Source: Candidatus Liptonbacteria bacterium
GTDB lineage: Bacteria > Patescibacteriota > Minisyncoccia > UBA6257 > 2-01-FULL-56-20
Reading direction: 5' to 3'
DNA length: 64,000 nt
Assembly: GCA_023244895.1 (NCBI GenBank)
Contig: JAHFLL010000001.1
Coordinates: forward strand, 489,802-553,801
The notes beneath the pieces are model-generated. The model worked only from the letters and a program-made list of their open reading frames with translations, was not told where the DNA came from and did not search any database. The translations under genes and the position numbers were made by a program. Below, in pieces: positions 10,405-20,539 of the stretch. Positions within the stretch are counted from its first letter, which is position 1; every line of letters begins with the position of its first letter.

Positions 10405-11400
10405 TTATTTTTTCCTACCACGCAAAAGCGCAGCGGCAAAGTCGGGATCTATCATGTTTATCTCCACTCCCGTGCCTAACTCGAAACCGGCCTCGGGAGG
10501 AGGTACGTTCGGCATAACCTCAATATGCCAGTGATAGTGGCTATGATCCTCCTTGTTCTTAAGAGGTGCTCCATGGATATAAAAATTAAGGTCTGGATCG
10601 TGCAAGCTCTTGCGCACCATTTTGAGAGTTTTTTGCAAAACCTCTGCAACTCCTATCAAAACCTTATCGCCCGAATCCTCAAAGTTAGGTATGTGGGTTT
10701 TAGGAAATATTCTTATCTCAAACTTCTTACGGGAAGCAAATGGGCAAATCGCAATGGCCTCTTTGTTCTGGCAAACGATTCTGCTTTTATGTCTTTTCTC
10801 GTAAGTCAGCATAGCGCAATGCGCGCATTGATTGTGTTCTTTGACATAGAGATGTGAACCGGACAAAGAGCGGCGGGCTTCGTTTGGAATAACCGGCAAG
10901 GCTAATATCTGGAAGTGGGGATGGTATAGGGATGCGCCCGCGCTCGGTCCCCAATTGTGAAAACCTATCGCATAGCTGAAACAACTATCCTCTGCGAGAG
11001 TGCGATACCGTTCCCGAATAACCCGCAGAACATCAACTGCCTTGCCCGGAGCTAAGTCAGCATAAGGACAATTATGATCCTTCAGTACGACCACGTCATG
11101 CGCGCCGATACCACTTCTGGTTTCATAGGGACCAACCACATTTCTAACCGCACATTTCATACCGTGCGTTACAGCGGGATATTTATTCGGTATAACGACC
11201 ACCTCCCACTTCGCCTCATTTGGCATTGAAATCATGGGTGGCCAGTTGCCGGTTTTCTTTAGATCTTCGAAGGGGCAACCTTCTTTGGGCACGACTACTC
11301 GTTTTGCCATGCCCTTGCGTATATCGTGAGGACGCCGTGCCCGTTCCGGCGCGTTAATTACCCAATCCCCCGTTACTAAGTCTTGTCTGTATTCAGCCAT
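10405..11400 (-). CDS. galT: Galactose-1-phosphate uridylyltransferase-like HIT protein
   Basis: RQDLVTGDWV..APERARRP, CPF, PNKYPA, GASLYHPHFQ, YHWHIE, AGFELGTG. Confidence 0.85.
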   Translation of the reverse strand: MAEYRQDLVTGDWVINAPERARRPHDIRKGMAKRVVVPKEGCPFEDLKKTGNWPPMISMPNEAKWEVVVIPNKYPAVTHGMKCAVRNVVGPYETRSGIGAHDVVVLKDHNCPYADLAPGKAVDVLRVIRERYRTLAEDSCFSYAIGFHNWGPSAGASLYHPHFQILALPVIPNEARRSLSGSHLYVKEHNQCAHCAMLTYEKRHKSRIVCQNKEAIAICPFASRKKFEIRIFPKTHIPNFEDSGDKVLIGVAEVLQKTLKMVRKSLHDPDLNFYIHGAPLKNKEDHSHYHWHIEVMPNVPPPEAGFELGTGVEINMIDPDFAAALLRGRKK

Positions 11401-11446
11401 ATACCATACAGAATATATTATTTAGAAGTTAGAATCTAGTTCTGTG

Positions 11447-11518
11447 TGCGCGCACAAGGGATCGGACCTTGGACCTCTTCGATGTGAACGAAGCGCTCTA
11501 CCACTGAGCTATGCGCGC
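11447..11518 (-). tRNA. tRNA-Val(CAC)
   Basis: Cloverleaf GCGCGCA/TGCGCGC, anticodon arm CTTCG-TTCACAT-CGAAG, T arm CAAGG-TCCGATC-CCTTG; CCA not encoded. Confidence 0.93.
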
Positions 11519-11539
11519 CATTGCCTGGATAATATAAAC

Positions 11540-11571
11540 AAAACGGGCGCATTTTTCAATGCGCCCGTTTT
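11540..11571. terminator. Bidirectional-type hairpin terminator
   Basis: AAAACGGGCGCATT-TTTC-AATGCGCCCGTTTT. Confidence 0.7.
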
Positions 11572-11594
11572 GTGACAGTAATCGCCAGCACGGC

Positions 11595-11993
11595 CTATTG
11601 CGGTTCGCATCCGCCATAAACCGGACCCCAGCTGATCCCCCATATGGGCTTATCTCCCATGTTTTTGCATTCTTCTGCGGAAATTTTATCTGCATAAACA
11701 ACAAAATAACCTCCGTTATCCGGACAGACATCCCCGAAACATTGATAAATCTCATTGACCATTCTACCTTTGTACCAACCTAAAAATTTAAGATGGTTTT
11801 GCGTTTTAGACACCCAATCCGAGTCACCGTTCCTACTGGCATCCAATTGATCCACTCTATTTTTTTCTTTCTGCAGATCTGCCTGAGTCATATTTCTCAG
11901 ATAATTATGGAATCCTAACCTATAATCAACTCCAATAATCATAGCTAGAACAATGATTAAAGCTGAAATAGATACTTTTGCCTTCTTGCTCAT
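11595..11993 (-). CDS. Hypothetical membrane-anchored/secreted protein with four Cys
   Basis: MSKKAKVSISALIIVLAMII anchor; CFGDVCP...C...GCEP. Confidence 0.65.
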   Translation of the reverse strand: MSKKAKVSISALIIVLAMIIGVDYRLGFHNYLRNMTQADLQKEKNRVDQLDASRNGDSDWVSKTQNHLKFLGWYKGRMVNEIYQCFGDVCPDNGGYFVVYADKISAEECKNMGDKPIWGISWGPVYGGCEPQ

Positions 11994-12077
11994 GTTGTAA
12001 ATAATACCATACACACAACCAACGCAAACTAAAACCGCCCCAGATGAGGCGGCTTTAGAACCAAGCGAAGCTAGTTG

Positions 12078-12446
12078 CTACTGAAGTTCGACAGTCGCAC
12101 CGGCACCCTCTAGTTTGGCCTTCAATTCGTCCGCCTCTTCCTTCTTCAGGCCCTCCTTTATCACCTTGGGAGCGGCGTCTACCATGTCTTTGGCCTCCTT
12201 AAGGCCCAGACCGGTCGCTTCCCGCACCACCTTGATAACATTTATCTTCTGCTCGCCCGCGGACTTCAACATAACGTTGAAGGCGGACTTCTCTTCCGCC
12301 GGAGCGGAACTAGCAGCGGCGGCGGCAACCGGAGCCGCGGCGGAGATTCCAAACTTTTCCTCCAGAGCCTTGACCAACTCGGCCAATTCCAGGGCGGTCA
12401 GTTTCTCAATCTCAGAGATTAATTTCTCAAATTTTTCGTTTGCCAT
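12078..12446 (-). CDS. rplL: 50S ribosomal protein bL12 (L7/L12)
   Basis: [12 protein letters not shown]...GLGLKEAKD...[10 protein letters not shown]. Confidence 0.98.
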   Translation of the reverse strand: MANEKFEKLISEIEKLTALELAELVKALEEKFGISAAAPVAAAAASSAPAEEKSAFNVMLKSAGEQKINVIKVVREATGLGLKEAKDMVDAAPKVIKEGLKKEEADELKAKLEGAGATVELQ

Positions 12447-12476
12447 GTTTTTGTATTATTTATCGACTTTAATTAA

Positions 12477-13001
12477 TTACTTAGATGGTTCGGCAGAGCT
12501 CGCCATCTTTGACTTCTGATCTAAGACATACAAGAAAGAGCGAATGGGCGCGGCGAGCATACCCAAGAGCTGGCCCAAGAGGGCCTCTCTCGGAGGCAAC
12601 TTGCCGATGAAGACGGCCTGCTCCGCGGGAATAAACGTTCCCGCCATCACGTCGTATCCTCCCAACATTCTCATCTTGTCTATCTTTCTCTCTATTACTA
12701 GACCCTGAAAGAATTTGTAGACCGAAGCGGAAGCGGATTCCAGGTTGGAAGCGAAAACCGCTCCGACCGGCATCTTAAAATCCGCGTTTTGGAACTCAAT
12801 ATTCTTGTCCTTCAAAAGCAGTCCCAGAAGACGCTTCTTAATGATCAAAAGCGGATTACCGCTCTTCTTGAGTTCTTGGCGCAAATTGCGCAAGTCGGCA
12901 GTCCTGACTTTAGAAAAATCTATAAGCAAAACCACCTGGCTATCCTTTAGCAATTTTCTGCCTTTTTCTAATTCCTCGTTTTTTTGAGCTTTACTTTTCA
13001 T
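12477..13001 (-). CDS. rplJ: 50S ribosomal protein uL10
   Basis: Directly upstream of rplL; LRNLRQEL, KKRLL, LPPREALLGQL. Confidence 0.93.
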   Translation of the reverse strand: MKSKAQKNEELEKGRKLLKDSQVVLLIDFSKVRTADLRNLRQELKKSGNPLLIIKKRLLGLLLKDKNIEFQNADFKMPVGAVFASNLESASASVYKFFQGLVIERKIDKMRMLGGYDVMAGTFIPAEQAVFIGKLPPREALLGQLLGMLAAPIRSFLYVLDQKSKMASSAEPSK

Positions 13002-13090
13002 TTATTGTACAGATGTACTATTTCGACCTTGGCAGTTCCTTAAACGATAAATCGCCCGTTCCAGGGCGACAAAAGCAGACGAAATATCTG

Positions 13091-13143
13091 CCTCCTCGGT
13101 TGGGTTTATGGTCGCTCACGCGACCCACCAACTGTCTTTGGAA
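13091..13143 (-). promoter_or_regulatory. L10 leader (autogenous r-protein regulatory RNA)
   Basis: Minus strand CCAAAGACAGTTGG...TAAACCCAACCGAGG matches the AAGAC..GG / TAAA..CC..CCGAGG pattern of L10 leaders, upstream of rplJ. Confidence 0.8.
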
Positions 13144-13152
13144 CTTGGCAAG

Positions 13153-13181
13153 ATATTAACCCAAATAGACCCAAAAGTCAA
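13153..13181 (-). promoter_or_regulatory. sigma70-type promoter of rplJ-rplL
   Basis: TTGACT-17nt-TAATAT just upstream of the L10 leader. Confidence 0.7.
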
Positions 13182-13201
13182 CATTTAGGAACATGTCGGA
13201 A

Positions 13202-13636
13202 CTATCGAACCTGCACCGACTGCGCCGTAATACTACCGTCCGGGTTTTGGCTGCCCATAACCGTAACCTGCCCACCCGAGACCAGATCGGACATAGAACC
13301 GGCGGTTGACTTTAGAACTTGAGTAGAACTGGAAACAAATACTATTCTGGAACCGCCATCCCTCAATTTAACGGTGATACTCTTGTCGTCCAGACTGATT
13401 ATTTCTCCCCCCACGAAGCCGCCTCCTCTTAGATTTCCCATCATCCTATTCTGTCCGCTATACGCGCCGCCCATCATTCCGACCACACGACCCTGGAAGT
13501 TGCGCGCATCCTGATTCGGAAGGTTCAGAGAATTCTGTCCGCCGGACCTGAATCCCAAATAGAACGCAAACACTCCAACTACAACCGCTGTTATTATGGC
13601 TAACGGAACCCGGCCGATATCTTTTATTTTTTTCAT
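13202..13636 (-). CDS. Membrane-anchored DUF5666-like OB-fold protein
   Basis: TM, Gly/Met-rich linker, GEIISLDDKSITVKL...GSQNPDGSITAQSVQ. Confidence 0.75.
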   Translation of the reverse strand: MKKIKDIGRVPLAIITAVVVGVFAFYLGFRSGGQNSLNLPNQDARNFQGRVVGMMGGAYSGQNRMMGNLRGGGFVGGEIISLDDKSITVKLRDGGSRIVFVSSSTQVLKSTAGSMSDLVSGGQVTVMGSQNPDGSITAQSVQVR

Positions 13637-13667
13637 TTTTTGTTTTTTATTTTTACGACTTTATTTT

Positions 13668-14891
13668 TTATTCGTATCTTAAAGCCTCAATTGGATTCAG
13701 GCTCGCGGCGCGGCGGGCGGGATAATAACCGAAAACTATTCCTATCGCCGCGGATACACCGAAAGCCAAAAGAATGGAATTGTAGGATATCTGCGTTGCT
13801 ATGCTGGCAAACTGAGAAACTGCCAGTGCCAAAAGCCAGCCTAAAATTACGCCGAACACTCCGCCCAAAAAAGTAAGCATAACCGACTCCGCCAAAAACT
13901 GAGTGCTGATATCAGATTTTTTGGCGCCAATCGCTTTACGTAAACCGATTTCCCTGGTTCTCTCGGTAACGGTCGTAAGCATCATATTCATGATTCCGAT
14001 GCCGCCCACCAGAAGAGATATGCTGGCGATAGCGCTTAGCAGAATAGTGAAAATACTTGTCACCGAAGATGCGGTAGCTACAATATCGGACTGGTTTAAT
14101 ACATTAAAATCTTTGAGCTGGGGGTCGGAGATATGGTGGCGCGACACTAGCAAGTCCGTGACCTGTTGCTGCATGTCGGTCATAGTTTCCTGGTTTTCAG
14201 CCTGGATACTTATGGTCGTAACGTACGTATCCCCCGCTAAGAAGCGCTGAGCGGTAGAGAGTGGAACGAAAATCATATCATCCTGACTGCCGAAACCGCT
14301 GCCGCCTTTGGCCTTCGTAATGCCGACTATCTTAAAATCAACCTTATTAATTCGGATAGTCTGTCCGATTGGGATAGTGTCTGACCCGAATAAATCGTCT
14401 CGCACGGTCGGCCCGATCACGGCCACCTTCGCGATACTGCGGACGTTCTGATCGGAGATAAAGGATCCTTGATCCACTTCTACGTTCCTGACCCCGGGAT
14501 ACGCGGACACGGTTCCCACAACCTGGGTGTTGGTATTCTTGCCGGGAGAAGTCACCTGGTATCTCCTGGATATTTCCGGAGCAACCGCTTTGGCACTCGT
14601 AATGTCTTTTATGATGGCGTCCGCATCTTCCTGGGTTAAAGTTTGAGCCGAACCTCTTCCGGCGCTCACCTGTACTCCCGGCCCGCGTTGCGCGCCAGGC
14701 ATAACTAGAAGCAGATTAGAGCCTATTGACTGGATACTGGTCTCAATCGAGCTCTGCGCGCCCTGGCCGATGGAAACCATGGCGATAACTGAACCAATCC
14801 CGATTACAATACCTAAGATAGTCAGCCCGGATCGAACCTTGTTTACCGTGAGCGAGGAGTATGTTTCTTTAAACAGATCAGAAATGGTCAT
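13668..14891 (-). CDS. MacB/FtsX-family ABC permease
   Basis: RSGLTILGIVIGIGSVI, GGIGIMNMM..VTERTREIGLRKAIGA, PARRAASLNPIEALRYE. Confidence 0.95.
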   Translation of the reverse strand: MTISDLFKETYSSLTVNKVRSGLTILGIVIGIGSVIAMVSIGQGAQSSIETSIQSIGSNLLLVMPGAQRGPGVQVSAGRGSAQTLTQEDADAIIKDITSAKAVAPEISRRYQVTSPGKNTNTQVVGTVSAYPGVRNVEVDQGSFISDQNVRSIAKVAVIGPTVRDDLFGSDTIPIGQTIRINKVDFKIVGITKAKGGSGFGSQDDMIFVPLSTAQRFLAGDTYVTTISIQAENQETMTDMQQQVTDLLVSRHHISDPQLKDFNVLNQSDIVATASSVTSIFTILLSAIASISLLVGGIGIMNMMLTTVTERTREIGLRKAIGAKKSDISTQFLAESVMLTFLGGVFGVILGWLLALAVSQFASIATQISYNSILLAFGVSAAIGIVFGYYPARRAASLNPIEALRYE

Positions 14892-15601
14892 GCCTTGTGA
14901 TTGTGAACTATTAGCTTACGAACGTTCTTCTTGTCTTCCAATATCATTCCGTCCTGGATGTGGATTATCCTATCGGCATGCTCCGCAACATATAGCTCAT
15001 GAGTGATTAAAACAATGGTATGCTTGTGTTCTGAGTTGAGTTCTTGGAATGTTCCCAGCACAACCTCGCCGGTCTTGGTATCTAAGTTTCCGGTTGGCTC
15101 GTCCGCTAAGATTAAGGCGGGGTTGTTGACCAGCGCCCGAGCTATCGCAACCCGCTGCATCTGGCCCCCGGAGAGCTGGTTGGATAAATGGTTCCAGCGG
15201 TCTTCCGGCAGCCCGGCTGAGGTTAACGCAGCAGCAGCACGCTCCTCTCGCTGTATAGGCGGAACTCCGGCATAAATCAAAGGTAGGGAAACGTTGCGTA
15301 AAACTGTAGAGCGAGACAGAAGATTAAAAGACTGAAATACGAAACCTATTTTGTTGCGGCGGATTTCTGCCAGCTCGTCATCGCTTAATTTAGAAATATC
15401 GTGTCCATCCAGGTGATACGAACCAGAAGTAGGCGTATCGAGCGCGCCCAAAATGTGCATCAGGGTTGACTTGCCCGAACCGGACGGACCCATTATCGCA
15501 ACAAATTCACCGCTCTTGATGCTGAAAGTTATGCCTTTCAAGACTACGGTTTCTACGTCTCCGTTTACATAAGACTTGCCGATATTTTTGCAATCAATCA
15601 T
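14888..15601 (-). CDS. MacB/LolD-type ABC ATP-binding protein
   Basis: [35 protein letters not shown]. Confidence 0.96.
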   Translation of the reverse strand: MIDCKNIGKSYVNGDVETVVLKGITFSIKSGEFVAIMGPSGSGKSTLMHILGALDTPTSGSYHLDGHDISKLSDDELAEIRRNKIGFVFQSFNLLSRSTVLRNVSLPLIYAGVPPIQREERAAAALTSAGLPEDRWNHLSNQLSGGQMQRVAIARALVNNPALILADEPTGNLDTKTGEVVLGTFQELNSEHKHTIVLITHELYVAEHADRIIHIQDGMILEDKKNVRKLIVHNHKA

Positions 15602-15604
15602 GTT

Positions 15605-17404
15605 TTATCTTCCGCCTAAGCCAGGCAGCCTAATACCACCTGCAGCGGATTGGGTCGTTTGAGCCGCAGTAGAGGAAGAAATGGTTCTTACCACTACCAG
15701 GTCTCCCTCGTTCAAACCGCTCAGAATTTCGGTTGCAGATTCGTTAGATAGTCCGATTTCTATGGTCTTGCGTGTAGGCGGAACTTTAGATGCAATCCCC
15801 TGGCTGGAAGTAGATAATCCGAGCGAACTGTCTAGAATTTCCACATACTGAGATCCATTGCTGATTTTAATCGCGGAGTTAGCCACCGTTAGAATATCCT
15901 GTTTCGAGTCGGTGATTATGGAAGCAGATACGCTCATGCCTGGTTTAATTTGATCGTCGTCGGTATCAAAAGAAATCTTCACCCCATACGACACCACGCC
16001 CTGACTCACCGTGCCGATAGAATCTACCTGGGCTACTTGCCCGGTGATAGCAAGGTCCGGGAATGCATCAAAAGTCAGAGTCGCCTTTTGGCCAACTTTT
16101 ATTTTAGCGACATCCACCTCATTTAAAGAAACTTCCGCTATCTTCTTGTCGGTTATAACCGTAGCTATCACGGTCGCAGGAGAAGCAGGATCTCGCAACT
16201 CAACATTCATTTTCCCGACCACTCCGTCGAACGGAGCTCGGACATAATAGTCGGATAGATTCTCCTGCGCATCCAAAAGACTATTCTGCTTTTGCTTCAA
16301 AGATAACTGCTGGGATTGGATATCTAAAACATCCGCGCCAGCTTTAAGCTTAGCTAAAGATTCTGTTTTTTCTTTAATCGACATATCGGCGTTCGTAATA
16401 GAATCTTTGTCATTCTGGATGCTGTTCTGAATATTGAGCAGATTACCCAGATGGGTATTAGCCGTACCAGTATAGGTTTGCAAACTTGATTCATGGGAAG
16501 CAAGAAGCGCGGGCGGATGAGCGGATTGGGAATTAGTCGTTAGGGTGTCGTTCACCAAATCTAAGAATGTTTTAGTGTTTTTTATTGCCTCAGAAATCTG
16601 TTTAGTCGTTTCGTAAGTCTCCTTAATTAAGGATTCTATCGTCGCCTTGGCCGAATAGCGGCTTACATTTTTATAGTCCTGCAGATTTTTATCATAAGAT
16701 GTCCTGGCTTTTTGATAACTGGCTATCGCAAGATCCCGAAACTGATCCGCATCCGGCCGATATCCTTTTATTAAACTGTAATAAGCATCCGCGTTGCTTT
16801 GAGAATTGTTTAGAGCGCTGCCGTTCAGAATCGTGTTTAAGCCAGTAATCAAGCCCGGAATATCTATAAAAGCATTAGAAACGGTGTTAAAACCATCATC
16901 ATAGACTTTCGCCAGATCAGACAAGGCATTCTGTTTGGCCTGGTTAGCAGAAGCCAAGCTGTTCTCAGCCTGGGTCATAGAAAGAGCATCCGCCGGTTGA
17001 ACCAGTTTTTGCAAAGCCAGCTGGGCGGACTCTAAGGCAGACTGTGCGTCTCGAACCGATTTCTCGGCCGCGGTGGCATCAAGCTTTACGAGCAATTGAC
17101 CGGATTTTACAGAGTCTCCCTGCTTCACTCCTATAAACACGATGTCTCCAGAAGCTTTAGGCTTTACGTCTACCTGGCTCTCTGCGGAAACCTGACCCGT
17201 GCCGGACACAGAAGCAATCAGTGTTCCCTTCTGGACGGAGGTAAGCACATAACGAGTCTCGCTACCCGCGGCAAACATTTTTCCATATCCATAATATGCC
17301 ACCCAAACCAAAACTATAGCTATTAGTACCGATGCTATCTTATGGCTGATAGCCCACGCCCAACATTTCTTAAAATAATGCCTTATGCCCGATATTTTAT
17401 TCAT
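15605..17404 (-). CDS. MacA/HlyD-like membrane fusion (adaptor) protein with long coiled coil
   Basis: TM, lipoyl halves (VKQGDSVKSGQLL / VRAPFDGVV), beta-barrel KPGMSVSASI. Confidence 0.9.
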   Translation of the reverse strand: MNKISGIRHYFKKCWAWAISHKIASVLIAIVLVWVAYYGYGKMFAAGSETRYVLTSVQKGTLIASVSGTGQVSAESQVDVKPKASGDIVFIGVKQGDSVKSGQLLVKLDATAAEKSVRDAQSALESAQLALQKLVQPADALSMTQAENSLASANQAKQNALSDLAKVYDDGFNTVSNAFIDIPGLITGLNTILNGSALNNSQSNADAYYSLIKGYRPDADQFRDLAIASYQKARTSYDKNLQDYKNVSRYSAKATIESLIKETYETTKQISEAIKNTKTFLDLVNDTLTTNSQSAHPPALLASHESSLQTYTGTANTHLGNLLNIQNSIQNDKDSITNADMSIKEKTESLAKLKAGADVLDIQSQQLSLKQKQNSLLDAQENLSDYYVRAPFDGVVGKMNVELRDPASPATVIATVITDKKIAEVSLNEVDVAKIKVGQKATLTFDAFPDLAITGQVAQVDSIGTVSQGVVSYGVKISFDTDDDQIKPGMSVSASIITDSKQDILTVANSAIKISNGSQYVEILDSSLGLSTSSQGIASKVPPTRKTIEIGLSNESATEILSGLNEGDLVVVRTISSSTAAQTTQSAAGGIRLPGLGGR

Positions 17405-17432
17405 GAAATAAATTTATGCCCACATACCCGAA

Positions 17433-17465
17433 AACGTTCCCGCTTCTTGTTTGAAGCGGGAACGT
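17433..17465. terminator. Strong hairpin between the 17480 gene and the adaptor gene
   Basis: ACGTTCCCGCTTC...GAAGCGGGAACGT, 13-bp perfect stem; lacks a long U tract. Confidence 0.5.
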
Positions 17466-17479
17466 CATTCGAGAGAAGA

Positions 17480-17923
17480 CTAGGATCCGAAACCCATATG
17501 TCTGCCCATCATACCGCGTCCGGCCTTTTTTACTTTGCCCGCATTACTTTCCATGAACTTCAGCCTCTGGTCCGCCTGAGTTTGAGTTATCACGCCTTTA
17601 TCTACCAGAATCTGCAAACTTTCCTTCATTTGTTTCAGACGAACCGCTTTCATTTTGGCCTGAAGCTGTTCTTGGGTTACACCCTTCTCCTTAGCGACTT
17701 CCAGAAGAGTCTTACCATTCGCCCAGGCGTTCTTCACCTCATCTACGCCTACTCCCAGAATATCCGCTTCGGACTGAAACTTAGACTGCTGATTAGACAC
17801 GAGCTGCTCCGGGTCCATATTGCCCATACCCCAGCCAGCGGCGGAAGCGGTGCCGTATCCCAGAATACCCAGTCCGATAATTGGCAAAGCCGCGTACATT
17901 AATATTTTTGTTTTGCTTTTCAT
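17480..17923 (-). CDS. Secreted helical hypothetical protein
   Basis: Signal peptide ending TASA; LVDKGVITQTQADQR; Gly/Met tail. Confidence 0.75.
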   Translation of the reverse strand: MKSKTKILMYAALPIIGLGILGYGTASAAGWGMGNMDPEQLVSNQQSKFQSEADILGVGVDEVKNAWANGKTLLEVAKEKGVTQEQLQAKMKAVRLKQMKESLQILVDKGVITQTQADQRLKFMESNAGKVKKAGRGMMGRHMGFGS

Positions 17924-18027
17924 ATTCTTTTTTTATCTATTATTTTTTAATTTTACTTAACCTTTAAGTTGGCACGACCAGATTGATTTGCGCAGAACCC
18001 TTCTATTCGCACGCAACTACTTATTAC

Positions 18028-18054
18028 TACAGACCTCGAGGTCTATTTATTTCA
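18028..18054 (-). promoter_or_regulatory. Putative ECF promoter type A (TGAAAT-N16-CTGTA)
   Basis: Shares TGAAATAAA and TGTA, with the same spacing, with the site upstream of the ECF gene at 19364. Confidence 0.55.
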
Positions 18055-18802
18055 TTACCGGAAACATCTTGCCCGAACGGCGGAAACCAGAGTCTAAGTC
18101 AAAATCGCCTATCTCTCTTATGCCGAATGCACGAATAGTGCCAGATTCATCCTTTTGCCCAAACACAACAATGGTGTCTCCCGTTTCAAAATCGGCTCCA
18201 TATGGCAAACGTGTTTCCGGATAGATAACAACCGTGGAGGTGCCTCCAAAAACATCCTGCATTTGGAGTCCGTCCGAGTTTCTGCCAATCACCTCTCCGC
18301 GGTGCACTTCCCCGGGTCGTTGAGGCGGACCGAAATTCTTATAGAATAAACCCATCATGGGTAATTTATTTTCCTGAGCTGATCTGAAAAAACCGCGGTG
18401 CATAGGCGCCATAAAAGCACCTCCCAGTAAAACCAGTAGCAATACCGCGGAGGCGGAATATAAAAGCGGCTTGCGATAAGCAAAAGAATACTTTTTTACC
18501 AGCACTTCCAAAACAACTATAAATATGCCGGAGAGGCAGATAAGTAATAATGGCAACGAGCGCAAGAACACCAGCCAACCGCGCGGACCAAACACCGGCA
18601 CAAACCAGTTGCCAGCTTGTTGCATAGTGAAGAAAATAAAACTTATAAGATAAAACAGAAATAGAAACATTAAAGCTATGCCGGTTATAAGCAAAACTGC
18701 CCTCAACACAAAGTGCCAGCGCGGACGCATCCTAATTTTGCCACGCTTTATGGCCTCTAAAACACCGCCGCCGATATTCTTCCTGTCTTGTTCTTCGTTC
18801 AT
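18047..18802 (-). CDS. Membrane protein, probable anti-sigma factor
   Basis: Starts 1 nt after the ECF gene; three TM helices plus a C-terminal OB-like domain. Confidence 0.7.
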   Translation of the reverse strand: MNEEQDRKNIGGGVLEAIKRGKIRMRPRWHFVLRAVLLITGIALMFLFLFYLISFIFFTMQQAGNWFVPVFGPRGWLVFLRSLPLLLICLSGIFIVVLEVLVKKYSFAYRKPLLYSASAVLLLVLLGGAFMAPMHRGFFRSAQENKLPMMGLFYKNFGPPQRPGEVHRGEVIGRNSDGLQMQDVFGGTSTVVIYPETRLPYGADFETGDTIVVFGQKDESGTIRAFGIREIGDFDLDSGFRRSGKMFPVMK

Positions 18803-18803
18803 T

Positions 18804-19364
18804 TTATTTATCCGGCCTAATGTTTTTCTTGAGCAACGCTCGCCCGCGACCCAAACGCACGCCCACCGTAGAAACAGGAATCTGTAGAATATCCGCGATT
18901 TCCTGATAATTCATCTCCTCAAAATAGTAAAGGACCAGGGGCTCGCGATATTTGGCATCTAAAGAATTTAAAGACTTTTCCATCCAATCCTTGATCTCTC
19001 GTGAATTAGCTCTTTCATCTGCCGTCTCTCTGGCTATGGGATGAGGGAAAAGCACATCTATATCAAAAAGAGAAAAAGTCTCCTTGCCCTTTTTGCTCTT
19101 AATTACGTTCAAAAACTCATTGTGCGCTACCCGGTAAAGCCAGGGCGAGAACCTTCTTTTCGCGTCAAAGCTTTGCAGATTAGAATAGGCCCTAATAAAA
19201 ACATCCTGCACTAAGTCTTTAGCGTCATCCTGACCGAATAGGAATTTGCGGGCGTAACGCAATAATTTCTGCTCGTAGCGTTCCACAACTACGCCAAAAG
19301 CGTCCACGTCCCCGCCCTGCACCATAGCGACAACTTCCTCATCGGTCCGATCCGCCAGGCTCAT
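18804..19364 (-). CDS. ECF sigma factor 1 (SigW-like)
   Basis: DLVQDVFIRAY, FSPWLYRVAHN, YQEIADILQIPVSTVGVRLGRGR. Confidence 0.95.
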   Translation of the reverse strand: MSLADRTDEEVVAMVQGGDVDAFGVVVERYEQKLLRYARKFLFGQDDAKDLVQDVFIRAYSNLQSFDAKRRFSPWLYRVAHNEFLNVIKSKKGKETFSLFDIDVLFPHPIARETADERANSREIKDWMEKSLNSLDAKYREPLVLYYFEEMNYQEIADILQIPVSTVGVRLGRGRALLKKNIRPDK

Positions 19365-19372
19365 AGTATTAA

Positions 19373-19399
19373 TACAAGATCTAATAGATGTTTATTTCA
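19373..19399 (-). promoter_or_regulatory. Putative autoregulatory ECF promoter type A (TGAAAT-N16-TTGTA)
   Basis: Immediately upstream of the ECF1 ATG. Confidence 0.55.
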
Positions 19400-19401
19400 A
19401 G

Positions 19402-19734
19402 CTAGGAACCCACCTCATCCATTTCGTCCATTATTCGCATCACTTCATCATAGATATCCGTCTCTCCTGCGCTATATAACTGAACGCGCATAGTTTCTAA
19501 AATATCCCAAGCCTCCCTGGTAAACCCGGCCGCACGATAGAGCTTAGCTCTTTTGACGTCAAACTCATTGTTGGCGCGGGGAGAGTTAATCTCGTTGGCG
19601 CGCACTTCTTCTGCTTGCACCCAAGCCACCAAAGACTCTCTCGCTTCCTGGTTATCCGGACCAAGGCTTTTAAGCCTGTCTATCAGTTCAAGTTCCGCTC
19701 CGGAAAATTCCAATGTTTCAATTCTTTCTGACAT
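19402..19734 (-). CDS. Hypothetical acidic helical protein
   Basis: 110-aa ORF in operon spacing; no family recognised. Confidence 0.6.
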   Translation of the reverse strand: MSERIETLEFSGAELELIDRLKSLGPDNQEARESLVAWVQAEEVRANEINSPRANNEFDVKRAKLYRAAGFTREAWDILETMRVQLYSAGETDIYDEVMRIMDEMDEVGS

Positions 19735-19739
19735 ATAAA

Positions 19740-20402
19740 CTACTTAAGCGTGATGGACTCTATTACTACTGGACTAATTGGTCGGTCGTTCTGATCGGTC
19801 GGGACGGAATTGATGGCCATAACCACGTCCAGACCCGCGGTTACCCTGCCGAAAACGGTGTGTTTCTGGTCTAAGAAGTTGTTAGCGGAAACATTAATGA
19901 AGAACTGACTACCATTGGTGTCTGGCCCCGCATTTGCCATAGCAATCGTACCCACGTCATTTCTATTGCTCGCAGTTATTTCGTCCTCAAAAGTATAGCC
20001 TGGTCCGCCGGTCCCCCATCTCGCCATCTGAGAATCGTCCTTACTTAGGGGGTCGCCACCCTGATTCATAAAACCCTTTATAACCCGATGGAATTTAGTT
20101 CCGTTATAAAAACCCTCTCCCGCCAGCTTGACGAAGTTCGCCACAGTCTTGGGTGTGGTCTCTGGGGTAAACTCAACACTGAAATCTCCCTTATTGGTGT
20201 GTATGGTTGCGTTCATAATTTTATTGTCTGTGTTTATTGGATTAACGACTGGTTTGTTATCTTCTGAAACCGCCCCGCCCAAGTCGCCCGGCACCACCCC
20301 CGGTCCCGTTACTTTAGTTCTATTATTATCCGAAATCCAATATATCCCAAAACCGATTATGAGCGCGCATATTATTAGTAAAACAATTTTATTGGTCGTC
20401 AT
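19740..20402 (-). CDS. Membrane-anchored cyclophilin-type peptidyl-prolyl isomerase
   Basis: FHRVIKGFMNQGGDP, AMANAGPDTNGSQFFI, HTVFG. Confidence 0.95.
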   Translation of the reverse strand: MTTNKIVLLIICALIIGFGIYWISDNNRTKVTGPGVVPGDLGGAVSEDNKPVVNPINTDNKIMNATIHTNKGDFSVEFTPETTPKTVANFVKLAGEGFYNGTKFHRVIKGFMNQGGDPLSKDDSQMARWGTGGPGYTFEDEITASNRNDVGTIAMANAGPDTNGSQFFINVSANNFLDQKHTVFGRVTAGLDVVMAINSVPTDQNDRPISPVVIESITLK

Positions 20403-20539
20403 TGGAACATTCTAACACTTTCGGTTGGAGCTGTCTCAAAGGATTACAAAATCAGAGCATATTACAGGTTCTTATAAACTTTGATAATTACCCGAAATAG
20501 ACCCGAGAAACTGGGCCCGTTTAAAGCTTCTTGAGCTCT

